Shown: positions 8,752-20,600 of the stretch, piece by piece
Layout of the letters: each line of letters begins with the position of its first letter
Position numbering within the stretch: position 1 is the stretch's first letter
NCBI GenBank assembly: GCA_018715625.1
Contig: DVLG01000035.1
Span: forward strand, 24,080 to 88,079
Direction of reading: 5' to 3'
Source: Candidatus Scatovivens faecipullorum
Lineage (GTDB): Bacteria; Bacillota; Clostridia; TANB77; CAG-508
Length of the DNA: 64,000 nt
Notes under the pieces: model-generated
Database searches by the model: none
What the model saw: only the letters and a program-made list of their open reading frames with translations
What the model was told of the DNA's origin: nothing
Program-made: the position numbers and the translations under genes

Positions 8752-10104
8752 CTACACAGTTAATGTTCCTCCTGGAGTATCAAGTATTATAAGCACATTC
8801 TCTTCTTTTCCTGTTTCAGCATTTATATAAACTAAAAACTCTCTATCTTCTACTTTCCCTTTAAACTCATAGCAAGTTAATTCGGTCTTCCATTCTGTTG
8901 GTATAATAGCCATATTTTCAGACACTATTTCCAATCTTGAATTTATTTTACTTCTTGCTTCTTCTAGTGAAATTTTAGGTTCTTTAAATTCTCTTTCTTT
9001 ATGTGAATTTAAATATCCAGTTGTTTCTATCCCAAGTATTTCACCATTATCTAATGTAAGTTTTACTTTTATTAGATCTGGATACACTATCACACCATTA
9101 TCATTATAAGCATAATTAATTGTTACTACATTTCCTTCTTTTACAAAATAAGTTTCTTTCATATTTTTGAACCCTTTATCTGAAAGATAACTTTTTCCTA
9201 TTTCATTTGCCTCTTGTTCAGAAATTTTTTCTTCTAAAACTTCTCTGTCTAATGAAGATTGAACAATATGCCCACCTTTTTTAGATATCATAATACTATA
9301 TTTTTCTTCTTTATCTTTTAATTTTACTGAAAAGTCATATGAAGGTATATCAGCATCTTTTAGAAAACTATTTGTTTCTATATTTTCTATATTATTTTCT
9401 CCAAAAAATTCCTTTACTTTATTTTTTGCTGTTTCTTCGTCTATATCATCTCCTGTTAATCCTACTTTTTCCGCCTTGTTAACATGATCAGAATATGCTC
9501 CATCATAAATTAATCCTTGATATTCATTTAAATTATCATCTATATTTGTAAAAACATTTACATTATCTACAGCTTGTGCAAACTCAAGATTATTACCTGT
9601 CGTTATAATATCCCAATTTATTTCACCATTATATAAATCATCTGATAATTGATTTAAAGTATTCTGCAGGTCAAGACTATAATGATATAATTCCTTTAAA
9701 TTATTAAAATCTTCATCATTTAACGATTCTCCTTCAATATTCTTTCTAGATAAAGTATAAGAATAATCACTAACTTGATTTAAAAATTTAGCTGTTTGAG
9801 CAAGTCCGTCATTTTCTAAGGGTATTCTTGCTAGATATACCATCGCCAAATTCGAATCTCTCCAAATTTGAGTTAATGTTTGTGCTGCATGTTCAGGTGT
9901 ATTAGATACCATAGATTTTGCCAAATATCCCTCTACACTATTCACATAATCTACTAAATTGCTAAAAGCTTCTGTATAGTTATTATTATTTGCATTATTA
10001 TATTTTTCTCTCAAAGTAAATGCGTAATATCCTGTTATAAAGCAAAAAATAAGTAATAAAATAATAGCACCAATTAAAAATTTATTTTTCTTATTCTCTT
10101 CCAT
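8752..10104 (-). CDS. ypeB: germination protein YpeB
   Basis: There is an N-terminal TM helix. The YpeB N-domain pattern is present (...AAQTLTQIWRDSNLAMVYLARIPL...TAKFLNQVSDYSY...). The C-terminal half is PepSY-like. Confidence 0.75.
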   Translation of the reverse strand: MEENKKNKFLIGAIILLLIFCFITGYYAFTLREKYNNANNNNYTEAFSNLVDYVNSVEGYLAKSMVSNTPEHAAQTLTQIWRDSNLAMVYLARIPLENDGLAQTAKFLNQVSDYSYTLSRKNIEGESLNDEDFNNLKELYHYSLDLQNTLNQLSDDLYNGEINWDIITTGNNLEFAQAVDNVNVFTNIDDNLNEYQGLIYDGAYSDHVNKAEKVGLTGDDIDEETAKNKVKEFFGENNIENIETNSFLKDADIPSYDFSVKLKDKEEKYSIMISKKGGHIVQSSLDREVLEEKISEQEANEIGKSYLSDKGFKNMKETYFVKEGNVVTINYAYNDNGVIVYPDLIKVKLTLDNGEILGIETTGYLNSHKEREFKEPKISLEEARSKINSRLEIVSENMAIIPTEWKTELTCYEFKGKVEDREFLVYINAETGKEENVLIILDTPGGTLTV

Positions 10105-10201
10105 AAAACACTCCTTCTGATTTTTTCTTATCTTTTCCTTTTTTTAGAAAATTTATACTCTAATATAAATATTAATTTTATATTAATACTAATTTTCCAC
10201 A

Positions 10202-10230
10202 TTGTATTTTACTTTGAAAAATGGTATAAT
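10202..10230 (+). promoter_or_regulatory. sigma-A promoter candidate with extended -10
   Basis: TTGTAT (10202-10207), a 17-nt spacer, then TATAAT (10225-10230) preceded by TGG. This gives a TGnTATAAT-like extended -10 at 10222-10230. Confidence 0.5.
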
Positions 10231-10259
10231 TTTAATCGAAAATTGAAAGGAATAAAAAA

Positions 10260-11810
10260 ATGAAAAAAATACTTGTATTTTATGGTTCTTATGGTGGTGG
10301 GCATTTATCTGCTGCTAAATCAATTAGTTCCTATTTAACAGACAATTATAAAAATGATGTTGAAGTAAAATTAGTTGATTGTATAGAATATATAAACAAA
10401 TATATTAATAAAGTTTCAACAGAAGCTTATAAAGAGCTTGCTAAAAAAGCTCCTTGGGCATGGAAACATGTTTATAAAAACTCACAAAATGGACCTCTTT
10501 CTCATATTAGTAATACTACAAATAGATTAATGTCATATAAATTAAATCTGCTACTACAAGAATTTAAACCAGATTTAATTGTTTCAACACATCCTTTTGC
10601 AACTCAGATGTGTGCAATCCTAAAAAAAAGAGAAAAAATTGATTGTAAACTTGCTACTGTATTAACAGATTATCATATTCACGCTCAATGGCTTGTACTA
10701 TACAAATATGTAGATTATTTCTTTGTTTCTAATGAACAAATGAAAACAGACATGATAGCAGAAGGTGTTCATGATGAAAAAATATTTGTAACTGGTATCC
10801 CAGTTTCAGAAAGATTTTTAGAGTTTTTTGATAAAAAAGAAATTCATAAGGAATTTGGATTAAATCCTGACAGACCAACTGTTCTATTTTTTGCTGGCGG
10901 AGAATTTGGTCTTGGTAGAGATACTACTTATATGGTTCTAAAAGCATTAATCAGAATGTTTAAAGAATTACAAATAGTTGCTATTTCTGGAAAAAATAAA
11001 AAAATGAATAAAAAATTTAAAGATTTAGTAGAATTTACCAAATCTCAAGATAGAGTTAAAATTTTAGAATTTACCAATAAAGTTCCTGAACTTATGAGCA
11101 TTTCCATTGGAGTTATAACTAAACCAGGAGGTCTTACTGTTACAGAATGTTTAGTATCTCATCTTCCTATTGTTATTATAAATCCAATACCTGGCCAAGA
11201 AGAGGAAAATGCGGACTTTTTAGTAAATAATAATGTTGCAATTTGGATAAAAAAAGGTGATAGTATAGCAAGAACTTTAAAAAATCTTTCAAGAGATATT
11301 AAAAAATTACAACTAATGAAAGAAAACACTATAAAACTTGCAAAACCAAATGCAACATCAAGTATTTGTGAAATTTTAGTAAATGAATTTGAAGATGTAA
11401 CAAAAGTACCTAATAAAATTATATTAAGTGTTTTAATAAAATGCAAAGATAAATATTTATTTATTAAACAAGATAAAATTGATGGAGCTTATATTGGTAC
11501 ACTTCATTTTCCTGGCGGAAAACTTCAAAATGATGAAACTTTAGAACAAGCTATAAAAAGAGAAACTTTAGAAGAGACTCAAATTAATTTAAAAACAGTT
11601 ACACCTTTCGACTTTGATAGTGATATTACAATGTATAAGGGAAGGCTTACTCAACTAATATTTTTAAGATATACAGCAGAAGTAACTTCTTTTGATTCTA
11701 CACCTGGTTCTGATGCAAAAGAAATACTTTGGCTTTCTAAAGAGGAAATTAAGAATTATAAACATAATGAACCTTCAATTAGATTCTTAAAAAAATTAAA
11801 TTTATTATAA
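10260..11810 (+). CDS. MGDG-synthase/UgtP-like glycosyltransferase (GT28) fused to a C-terminal NUDIX hydrolase domain
   Basis: The N-terminus KILVFYGSYGGGHLSAAKSI resembles the UgtP/MGDG synthase N-domain. The GT-B C-domain shows KPGGLTVTECL. The C-terminal ~130 aa carry the Nudix box GGKLQNDETLEQAIKRETLEETQI. Confidence 0.75.
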   Translation: MKKILVFYGSYGGGHLSAAKSISSYLTDNYKNDVEVKLVDCIEYINKYINKVSTEAYKELAKKAPWAWKHVYKNSQNGPLSHISNTTNRLMSYKLNLLLQEFKPDLIVSTHPFATQMCAILKKREKIDCKLATVLTDYHIHAQWLVLYKYVDYFFVSNEQMKTDMIAEGVHDEKIFVTGIPVSERFLEFFDKKEIHKEFGLNPDRPTVLFFAGGEFGLGRDTTYMVLKALIRMFKELQIVAISGKNKKMNKKFKDLVEFTKSQDRVKILEFTNKVPELMSISIGVITKPGGLTVTECLVSHLPIVIINPIPGQEEENADFLVNNNVAIWIKKGDSIARTLKNLSRDIKKLQLMKENTIKLAKPNATSSICEILVNEFEDVTKVPNKIILSVLIKCKDKYLFIKQDKIDGAYIGTLHFPGGKLQNDETLEQAIKRETLEETQINLKTVTPFDFDSDITMYKGRLTQLIFLRYTAEVTSFDSTPGSDAKEILWLSKEEIKNYKHNEPSIRFLKKLNLL

Positions 11811-11812
11811 GA

Positions 11813-11884
11813 AAATAGCAGAGTACAATATAAACTTAATCAAAAGTGTCTAGCTTCTGAATTCAGTTTAATACTCTGCTATTT
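11813..11884 (+). terminator. 13-bp stem (AAATAGCAGAGTA / TACTCTGCTATTT) enclosing a 46-nt loop with an inner palindrome, followed by a T-rich tract
   Basis: Read directly from the sequence. It begins 3 nt after the stop codon of the GT28-NUDIX gene. Confidence 0.4.
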
Positions 11885-11915
11885 TTATTTTAATAGTATA
11901 TTAATAAAAATATAT

Positions 11916-14330
11916 TTATTTTTTCTTTACTATTTTACTAACAATAACTGTCATATCATCTTGAGCAATTCCAAAACTATTATCAACAGCTTCTGCTAAT
12001 ATTAAATCAGCCAATTTTTGAACATTATTTGTAGAAACATTTTTCAAAAAATCTTCTATCCATTCTCTTTTTGTATCATCTTTTGCTTCTAAAACACCAT
12101 CACTACACATTATTATTATATCTCCATCAATGATATCAATAGTGTTTGATTGAAGTTCTATATTATTTACTATTCCTACTGGCATACTTGTAGAATCTAT
12201 TTTTCTTATATTTTTTTTGTTTTTTATGTAAGTACTACAAGCACCATTTTTTAATAGTTCTACTTTTCCTACATACAAATCCAAGATTGATATATCTAAA
12301 CTTGAATATATCTCTGAATTTCCAGCTAAATTTAATCTTGAATTAATCATTTTTATGGATTCATCTTTATTAAATCCTGCTGATAACATTTGTTTTACAA
12401 GCCTCAAAGCTATTTTACTGCATTCTCTTGCCTTTTCTCCACTACCCATACCATCTGCTATTGCTAATAAATATTTTCCATCTGCAAGTTTAATTTGTAA
12501 GCTACAATCTCCAGAAATTTCACTTCCATCTTTTGTAATTTTTGCACTTCCAACTTGTAATACAAATTTATCTTCACTAGAATACATTTGGTAGTATTCT
12601 TTTTTCTCATCATTTTTTCTTTCTCTTTGAAAAACAATTCTTGTTCCTAAACTTTTAGAAATTATATCTGCTATATTTACTATAACTTCTTTCTCTTTAA
12701 GTCTTTCATCATAATAATCTAATTTAAGCTCTACTATAAATTTTTCATTTTTTAATTTTTTAATTCTTACATTATTAATTTTTATTTTTTTACTTTTTAG
12801 TAAAAGTCCAAGTTCTTTTTCTTTATTTTCATATATATTTTCTTTTTTTACCTTTATTTCTTCTGCACATTTATCTATAACTTTAGTTACATTTTTTAAA
12901 TTTTGGCTAATTGTTGCCATATTATTTTTTCGTTCCTGCTTTTTAGCTTTATTGATTTCAAATATTTTTAAAGTTCTGTTTGCAATTTTCACTATCTCTT
13001 GTAAATCATTTTTTATATTTTCATCTTTCATAATTACATAATTATTATGTTCTTTTAATATATTAATTAAATCATTGTCTAATAAAATATCTTTTTCTTT
13101 TAAAGTAGTACAAATATCTTTTGCAATTCCATTTTCCTCATTAGAAATTTCATCATAAAAAATATTATTTTTTACTTCTTCTAAATTATCTAAAAAATCT
13201 TGTACAAAACTTTCTTGTTCTACAGCATTTTCTTTATCTACATTAGAAAAAAGTTCGTTAAACATATCTGAAATAGTTTTTAACTTTTCTGAAACTTCAT
13301 CATTGCTTTCTTCTAATCTATTATCACCTGTATTTGAAATTAATTTATTTTTTCCAATTAAATCTTCAAGTTCAAGTTTTATTTTATTTGGAACTAATAG
13401 AAGTCCTATTGAAGCAATAAATATTTCTCTAAAGTATATTATCATTGTTGATGCTCCCCTCACAAAATATGTAAGTATAGCATTTCCTAGTATAAATCCT
13501 AAAATAACTCCTATTTTTCCAAATCTATTTAATAATCCTGATAAAATTCCTGATATAGCAAACATAGAAATTTGGACTAAGCTTGTCCCGTCTACAAAAC
13601 TAATTGCAAGACCTATTGAAATTCCTGAAACAGCTCCTGTAACCATTCCATTCTTCCAACCAAGCACCATAATCATAAATATTATGATTATATTACTTAA
13701 ATTTAAAGAAAATATATTAATATCTTTTAATGAAAGACTTGCAAGGGAAATAATTAATACTCCAGCAATTAACTCTTCCATTGTAAAAGCTTTTTTTATA
13801 TTAAAATCTTTAATAAATGCTAGTCCATTTACAAACAATTTGTAAAAAACATACACTATTGAAGAAGAAATTATACTCATAAATACATCATAAAGTAAAA
13901 ACATACCTGTAAAACATTTAATGATTGAAACAATCATGCATGCAGCAAATAATTTGCCACCTGTTTTTACAACTTCGTTTCTTTCCTCAACAGCTACTTT
14001 AGCTTTAAAAAATAATACTAAAATGAAATATATAATAGAAGTTACAATGAAATTGCTTACAGCTGATTTTTGCATACTAATTGCTGTACCTATAAGTGCC
14101 ATAAGAAAAACACCAATAATTGGTACTGTCTCACCAACACAAGCTGCAACCATTGCTAAGCCAAAAGGCATAATTTGATTTTTTATTGTTAATGTAGATA
14201 GCAATAAAGTTAAAATATATATAATTACATTTTGATACTTAAAAATTTCTTTTAATCTATATTTTATATCATTTGTTTTATTATTAATACTTTCTTGTTC
14301 TGAACCCATATCTGCAATATTTTGAAACAT
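11916..14330 (-). CDS. spoIIE: stage II sporulation protein E (membrane PP2C phosphatase)
   Basis: The polytopic N-terminal third is about 10 hydrophobic segments, followed by a central linker. The C-terminal PP2C domain shows ADGMGSGEKA and DGV...DD motifs. Confidence 0.85.
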   Translation of the reverse strand: MFQNIADMGSEQESINNKTNDIKYRLKEIFKYQNVIIYILTLLLSTLTIKNQIMPFGLAMVAACVGETVPIIGVFLMALIGTAISMQKSAVSNFIVTSIIYFILVLFFKAKVAVEERNEVVKTGGKLFAACMIVSIIKCFTGMFLLYDVFMSIISSSIVYVFYKLFVNGLAFIKDFNIKKAFTMEELIAGVLIISLASLSLKDINIFSLNLSNIIIIFMIMVLGWKNGMVTGAVSGISIGLAISFVDGTSLVQISMFAISGILSGLLNRFGKIGVILGFILGNAILTYFVRGASTMIIYFREIFIASIGLLLVPNKIKLELEDLIGKNKLISNTGDNRLEESNDEVSEKLKTISDMFNELFSNVDKENAVEQESFVQDFLDNLEEVKNNIFYDEISNEENGIAKDICTTLKEKDILLDNDLINILKEHNNYVIMKDENIKNDLQEIVKIANRTLKIFEINKAKKQERKNNMATISQNLKNVTKVIDKCAEEIKVKKENIYENKEKELGLLLKSKKIKINNVRIKKLKNEKFIVELKLDYYDERLKEKEVIVNIADIISKSLGTRIVFQRERKNDEKKEYYQMYSSEDKFVLQVGSAKITKDGSEISGDCSLQIKLADGKYLLAIADGMGSGEKARECSKIALRLVKQMLSAGFNKDESIKMINSRLNLAGNSEIYSSLDISILDLYVGKVELLKNGACSTYIKNKKNIRKIDSTSMPVGIVNNIELQSNTIDIIDGDIIIMCSDGVLEAKDDTKREWIEDFLKNVSTNNVQKLADLILAEAVDNSFGIAQDDMTVIVSKIVKKK

Positions 14331-14367
14331 CCTTAACCACCTCTCACTTTTAATATATATTTATTTA

Positions 14368-14396
14368 ATCATAATTAAAAAAAAGATTTTGTCGAG
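14368..14396 (-). promoter_or_regulatory. spoIIE promoter candidate with a Spo0A-box-like element over the -35
   Basis: On the minus strand: TCGACA (complement of 14390-14395), a 16-nt spacer, then TATGAT (complement of 14368-14373). The plus-strand TGTCGAG (14390-14396) is one mismatch from the 0A box TGTCGAA. Confidence 0.3.
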
Positions 14397-14501
14397 ATTA
14401 AATCTATATATAATAAAAGTTTTTTACAATTTGTGATAATTTGTATTTATTTTATTACATTTAGTCTAAAAAGACAAGTATTAATAGCAAAATTGACAAA
14501 A

Positions 14502-14530
14502 AAAGATGAAGCCCCAAAAGCTTCATCTTT
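14502..14530. terminator. bidirectional rho-independent terminator downstream of giant gene B2
   Basis: An 11-bp stem AAAGATGAAGC / GCTTCATCTTT with a 7-nt loop. A/T runs flank it on both sides. Confidence 0.6.
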
Positions 14531-14678
14531 TTATTTATACTAAAGTTCTTTAAATTTACTATGTGTCTTTATATAGTCTATTTTATATTTTATAACTTTC
14601 ATATATTTTATCTTTATCTTTTTGTTTTCTATCTGTTTTTATATAAGTTATTTTTTAGACTACTCTATCACTCTAATT

Positions 14679-17600
14679 TTATTTAAGAACTTTTTTCTTA
14701 ATTACTACTATTCCTATTGCAATTACTGCAAGAGCAACAACTACAGCAGCAAGTATTTGTATTGTCATAACTGTTCCTGAATTGATACCTGTTGGAGGAG
14801 TAAATGTTACAAGTTCTGTTGCACTTGAATCTCTTTCTTTAAGAGCTACTTCAAATTCTCCAAGTGTTGGATTTGCATTACCTGGAACTGCAACTATATC
14901 TCTTCTACCAACTGAATTTTCTATTTTAACAATTTCTGCTATATTGTCATAATTTAAGTTATTTGCATCATCTTCTGCAGAAACTGTTTTTGTTATAGTT
15001 AAAACTATTTGAGATTTATAAGCATCTGCATTTTCTTTATATGGTACTAGTTTTGCTTCAAATCCTGAGTTATTCATTTGATCTGTATTTTCTTGTGTAT
15101 CAATACTTAATATTACATTATTTCTTTGGTCTGTGATATATGCAATACCTTTTTTATCAATTAATTCATATTCTGTTGTTATTACATCTGATAATAACTT
15201 ATCTGATCCATATCCACTACCAGTTAACTCTGTAACATTTGTATTTTTCCAGCTATGATCTTTTGCATTATTTAATTCTGCTGAGAATATACCATCATTA
15301 TCAACATAATCTACAATTTGACGAACTCTTGTTGTAACAACTTTATCAGCTCTTACATCATTTGTATAATAAGTTGTTCCTAAATATTCACCTGCTTTTG
15401 AAATTCCTTTGGCAGTATCTTCATAAGCTTTATTTGCAAGAAGTTTAAGAGCTTCTTTTTCTGTTCTAGGTTTAATTCCTGTAAGTTCCTCTACTTTTGT
15501 AAAGTTTTGTTCAGAAATATTTTCTAGTATTTCACTTGTTCTATCAACTTCACCAACATTTAATGCACTAACTTGATAATTAATTTCTATTGTTGTACCT
15601 TGTAATATTGTTTCATCAATATTTACATATCTGAAGTTTTGCATTCCAGAAATTTCCCTATCTGTTGGCTTTTCTTCACATTTATTAATTGCTTGCATTA
15701 CATCTGTTGCAACTGAAGAGTCAGATAATGAAACATCAGCAATTAAATATTTATTTCCTAGTTTAGTTATTATAGTCTTATCTGAAACACCTTCTAATAA
15801 ATCAGTTTCTCTATAATTAATATCATAGATTGCATTAAATATTATGTTTCCATCATTTGTAGTTAATTTAATTGAACTTATTTGTTTATCAAGAACTACT
15901 GCTGTTTCAGGTCTTTCAATTAATCCAAAATCTATGTTGTTAATTAAGTAATTTGTTCCTTCTTTTTGTACTCTAACACTTCCAGCTTCTAATACAGTTC
16001 CTAAAATTTCAGGTTTTTCTTCTACACCTTCGCCAAAGTTTTCTATAAATAAACTTATCTTTGCTGTATCTGCAAACATTGAATAATCATTATATAAATC
16101 AGTATGTTTTTCATCTAATTTATTTGCAGTTGCAAGTACTGTTCCATTTACATTTGTTATAGTTTCTGAATTTGATGTAATTTCAAGTCTTCTAGCTTCA
16201 CTATCTTTTGCATCTGAAACTCTTGCGTTTGCTAAATCAATATTATCTAAATCATGCCATTCATTGTTTACATAACCATTATCATCTACACTTGTAAATC
16301 CTGATTGATAAATTGTAGATCTATAATCTTGACCATTATAAATAGCTGCTGTTTTTCCTTCAAGATCTTTATCATAATTTGCTGTTAAAATATTGTCTTC
16401 ATCAAAACGTTCACCATTTGCTTTATATGCTTCTGGATCTCCAGAAATTTCAAATGTATCTTCTAAATCTAATTTATTGTTTCCATATAAAAATCTTACA
16501 ACATAATCTCCAACTGGAACTGATGTAAATTTATAAGAACCAACACTAGATTCATTTTCTACGTTTTCTCTTGAAGTTTCTGTTGTACTGTCAAAACCTG
16601 TTAGATATTCTAGTGTTTTTCCACCTAAAACATCTAATTGTTTACTTGTTGGCCACAAGAAATCATATTCTCTATCTCCAACTTTTATTTTTTCAACAAG
16701 TTCTGTAGTTAATCCTCCAATTAAAGCTTCATCACCCTCATCATAAAGTCCATTTCCTACTGCTGTATCTCCTTCTGGTTTATCTTCCCAAGCTAAACCA
16801 TTTATTTCTCTATTTTCTTCTACTATTGTTAATTCTAATACTGGTGCTGAATCAGTATCATCTTCATACCATGATTTTTCATTGTAGCTTCTGATGTTTA
16901 CGTTTGCTGGTGCTGAATCTCTATCTATTTTACCTGCGTTTCTACCATCAGTATAACTTGTTGAATAACTTGAAATTTCAGCTACATTTGACTTATCTCC
17001 AAGTCTAATTGTATCTTCAACTCCATCTATATTTTCTTTATCTAATGCAAATGTTACATAAATATCAGCTTTTTCTCCACTTCTTAAGCTTATATCTAAA
17101 TTTTGAGCTGTCATTTTATTATAAGTTACTCCATCAGAACCTTTGATTCCTCTTTCTGTAACATTCCATGTAACATTTTTATTTCCAGATGGTGATTCTA
17201 CATAAGAAGCGTTCGCTACTTCTGTTAATCCATTTTGTTCTGCTCCGTCTATTGTTTTTACATATTTTTCTACTTTTGTATCAATTGGATCTCCAAATGA
17301 ACTATCAAAGTAATCATCAACTGAATTTATTTTAGTAATATAATCTGGTCCTTCATTATATAAACTTATCTTATATGTTAAATAAACATCTAATTCTGTT
17401 GCATCAATACTTGTTCCTAAATCTTTATAGAATTTTTCTATTGCATCATATCCTGTTATATTAGAGTTTGCTTGATACATTTCTGCTCTGTAATAATAAT
17501 CTGTACTGTATAACCCTAATTGATATTCAATTTGAGTTGTGTCTGCATATAATTGTCTACTATAACAATCTGAACCAATATCTTCTAATTTATTAAATTT

Positions 17601-20600
17601 ATAATTTAACAACTTATCATTAACAACTACTTTAGCTGAAACTAAATCCTTAGTTGTTCCTAAATCAACTTCTGGTCTTCTCTTTAATCCTAAATTAATG
17701 TGTAATGTATAATTATAAGTTGCAGAATACATATAATATTGAACTAATCCAAGTTCATTTATATAAGTATCATAGCTTTCTAAATGAATTCTATTATCAA
17801 ATGGATAAGTTAATCCTCCAACTGATGTTCTTGCTTTAGCCTTAAATAAATCTTTTGCAGTTCCATCAGCATTTTGAGTTTGTACTTCTGAAGATATTCT
17901 TGAAGTTCCATTTGCTACTGCAGATTTTGCTCCTTCATAGAAAATGTCTTTTTCTCTTTCACTTTCCACAGCAGTACCTATTGTTTCACCTTCACCATTT
18001 ATTTCTGTTTTTCCTTTAATTTCTTGAATTCTATTATCAACTTCTTCTCTATCATAGTCTAAAGCCATAGAGTCTCTTGCCCAAGCATCTCTTCCTGAAG
18101 TTGAAGCACTTCTATAAGCATTGGCATCTCCATTTGAAGTTGCTAAGAATTTTGTTGGTTCATAAGTTTGACCATCATAAACAAATTCAATATCATAAGT
18201 TCCTGATTTTAATATTTTTACACTTGGAGCTTCCCAATGTCCACCATCTGTTGTAATTATTGGTTGACTAATTTCTTCTCCATCATCATAAATTGTTGCT
18301 AAATTTCCGTTATTATCATAAATATATACTTCAATTCCATCTAATCTTCTTTCATTGTCATCCATTATACCGTTTTCAACAGAATTTTCTGTATTTTTAT
18401 CATTTTCATCAAGTGGTGTATCTTCCCATACATCACCTGCAAGTTTAATTGTTAAATCTATAACTGTTAAAGTTTCTAATCTGTTTGAAACAACTATCTC
18501 TAAGTTATCAGAAATCTCTGCCCCATTATTTGATATGCTAACATTTTTCCAACCTTTTGGAATATTATTTTCAGTTACAGTTACTGTTGGAGCATTATCA
18601 CCCCACCATTTAATTGTTGGTGATGTATATGTTTCTCCACCTTTCAAGCTGATATTAATTACTCTTGTTGAATCAACAACACTTTGTCCATCCATTTCAA
18701 AAGTACCTGAAATTGTAACTGTCATATCAAAACTTGGAAGTTCTAATCCATCTAATAATTTTTCATCAGCAATTATTTCTTTTCTAACTGTAAAGCTTCC
18801 CTCATGCTCTTCATATTTGTTTGTTGCTACAACAGATATTGTTTGACCTTCTGGAGCCAATTTTCCTTCTGCATTATCTATTCTAACTACTTCTGTTCCT
18901 TCTGGAAGATTAATTTCTTCAACTTTATATGAAGGAGCTTCTTCTGTTACATACCATTTAAACATATCTGATTTATATGTTTGATTTGCTTTTATTGTTA
19001 CTATAAATGGCTCATATCCATCTACTGTAACTCTAAATGTAAATTCTTCATCACCAATAACACCATTTTCAACTAATTTTGTTATTTCTAAATATCCACC
19101 TGTTAATTTAGGTTCGTTTATAAATGTTGCTATTGTTGCTTCTGCTCCTGGTTTTATAGTTCCACTAGCATTTAAAACTGATATATTGTTTGCAATTTCT
19201 GATTCTAGCTCTTCTACTGTATAAGTTGGAGCTGAATTTCCATACCATTTAATTGTTCCGGAATCCCACTGACTACCGCCAGAAACTGTTATTTCTTGAG
19301 AAAATTCTTCTCCAGCAGCTTCTCCTGGTCCATATTTTGTTCCATTATATTCAAAAGCACCTCTTATAGTTACTTTGAATTTAAATTCTTGACCATTTAA
19401 ACTTTCATGAGTTACTTGTTTTTTAACGATTAAGTTTCCAGAATTTTCATTTGCTCTATTTACAAATTCATTATCTGTTGTAATTAATATTTCCCCAGTT
19501 TGGCTCTCTTTTAATTTTCCTTGTATACCATTTTCTATTTGTGTTCCGCCATCTGAAGTTGCTGATACAAATTCTGTTCCTTCTGGAAGGTCAATTTCTG
19601 TTATTGTATAGTTTGGAGCTTCCGCATCAGCTGCCCAAGTAAATGCATTTGATGTATATTCCCAAACATAAGAATCACCTTTTTTCTCTGCATTTAATGA
19701 AACCACATAAGGTTCATATCCATCTACTGTAATTTGGAATTTAAATACTAAAGAATTTATATATTCAGTAGACATTCCTTGTGCATTTTCTAGTGTTTTT
19801 ATAATATGAAGATATCCTGCTTTTGGAGTTATGTCTCTATTCCAAGCTGTTACTTTTACTGTGTTTGTACCTTCTGATACATCAGCTAAAGTACCTTTAG
19901 AAGGTTCAACTGATGAAGCAATATCTTCTGCAAGTAAATTCTCTTCTACTGTATATTCTGGAGCCATTTCTCCATTCCATGTAAATTCATCTGAAGTCCA
20001 TACAGTAGGGGCGTCTACACTACTTACTTTTATTACAACAAAACTATTTTCATCATAAATATCGTTTGTTATTTCTACTGCTGAATCATTTGTTAATTGA
20101 ATTTTGGTTCCTGGTCCATAAGTTTGACCTTTATATGTGAAACTTCCTTTAGAAGTTACTGTTACCACAAACTTAAATTCTTTATCAACTAATGTATCTG
20201 AATCTATATGTTTTGTTATTTCAATTCTACCTGAATGAGGTTTTTCTATTCTGTTTACAATGTTATTTGTAACTTCAAAATCTTTTGTTTCATCACTAAC
20301 TAAAGTTCCTGTAATTGTTTGTCCATTTACTGTTATTTGTACATCATCACTTGTTGCTGTAACAAAACTTGTTCCTTCTGGATTATCAACCTCTGTTATT
20401 GTATAATTTGGATTATTTCCAGCAAACCATTCATAATATCCAGATGTATATTCCCAAACATAAGAATTATCTTTTCTTATTGGTGAAATTTCAATTCTTT
20501 GTTTATCATATCCATCCACAGAAATTTCAAAATTAAATTTTAATTTCATTATTTCTTCTTCAGAATATAATTCTGCATTTTCTAATGTCTTTATAATATG

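Noticed and set aside
12355-14178. Plus-strand ORFs (12355-12594, 13303-13845, 13921-14178) within spoIIE
   Set aside because: They are antisense shadows of a well-supported spoIIE ORF.
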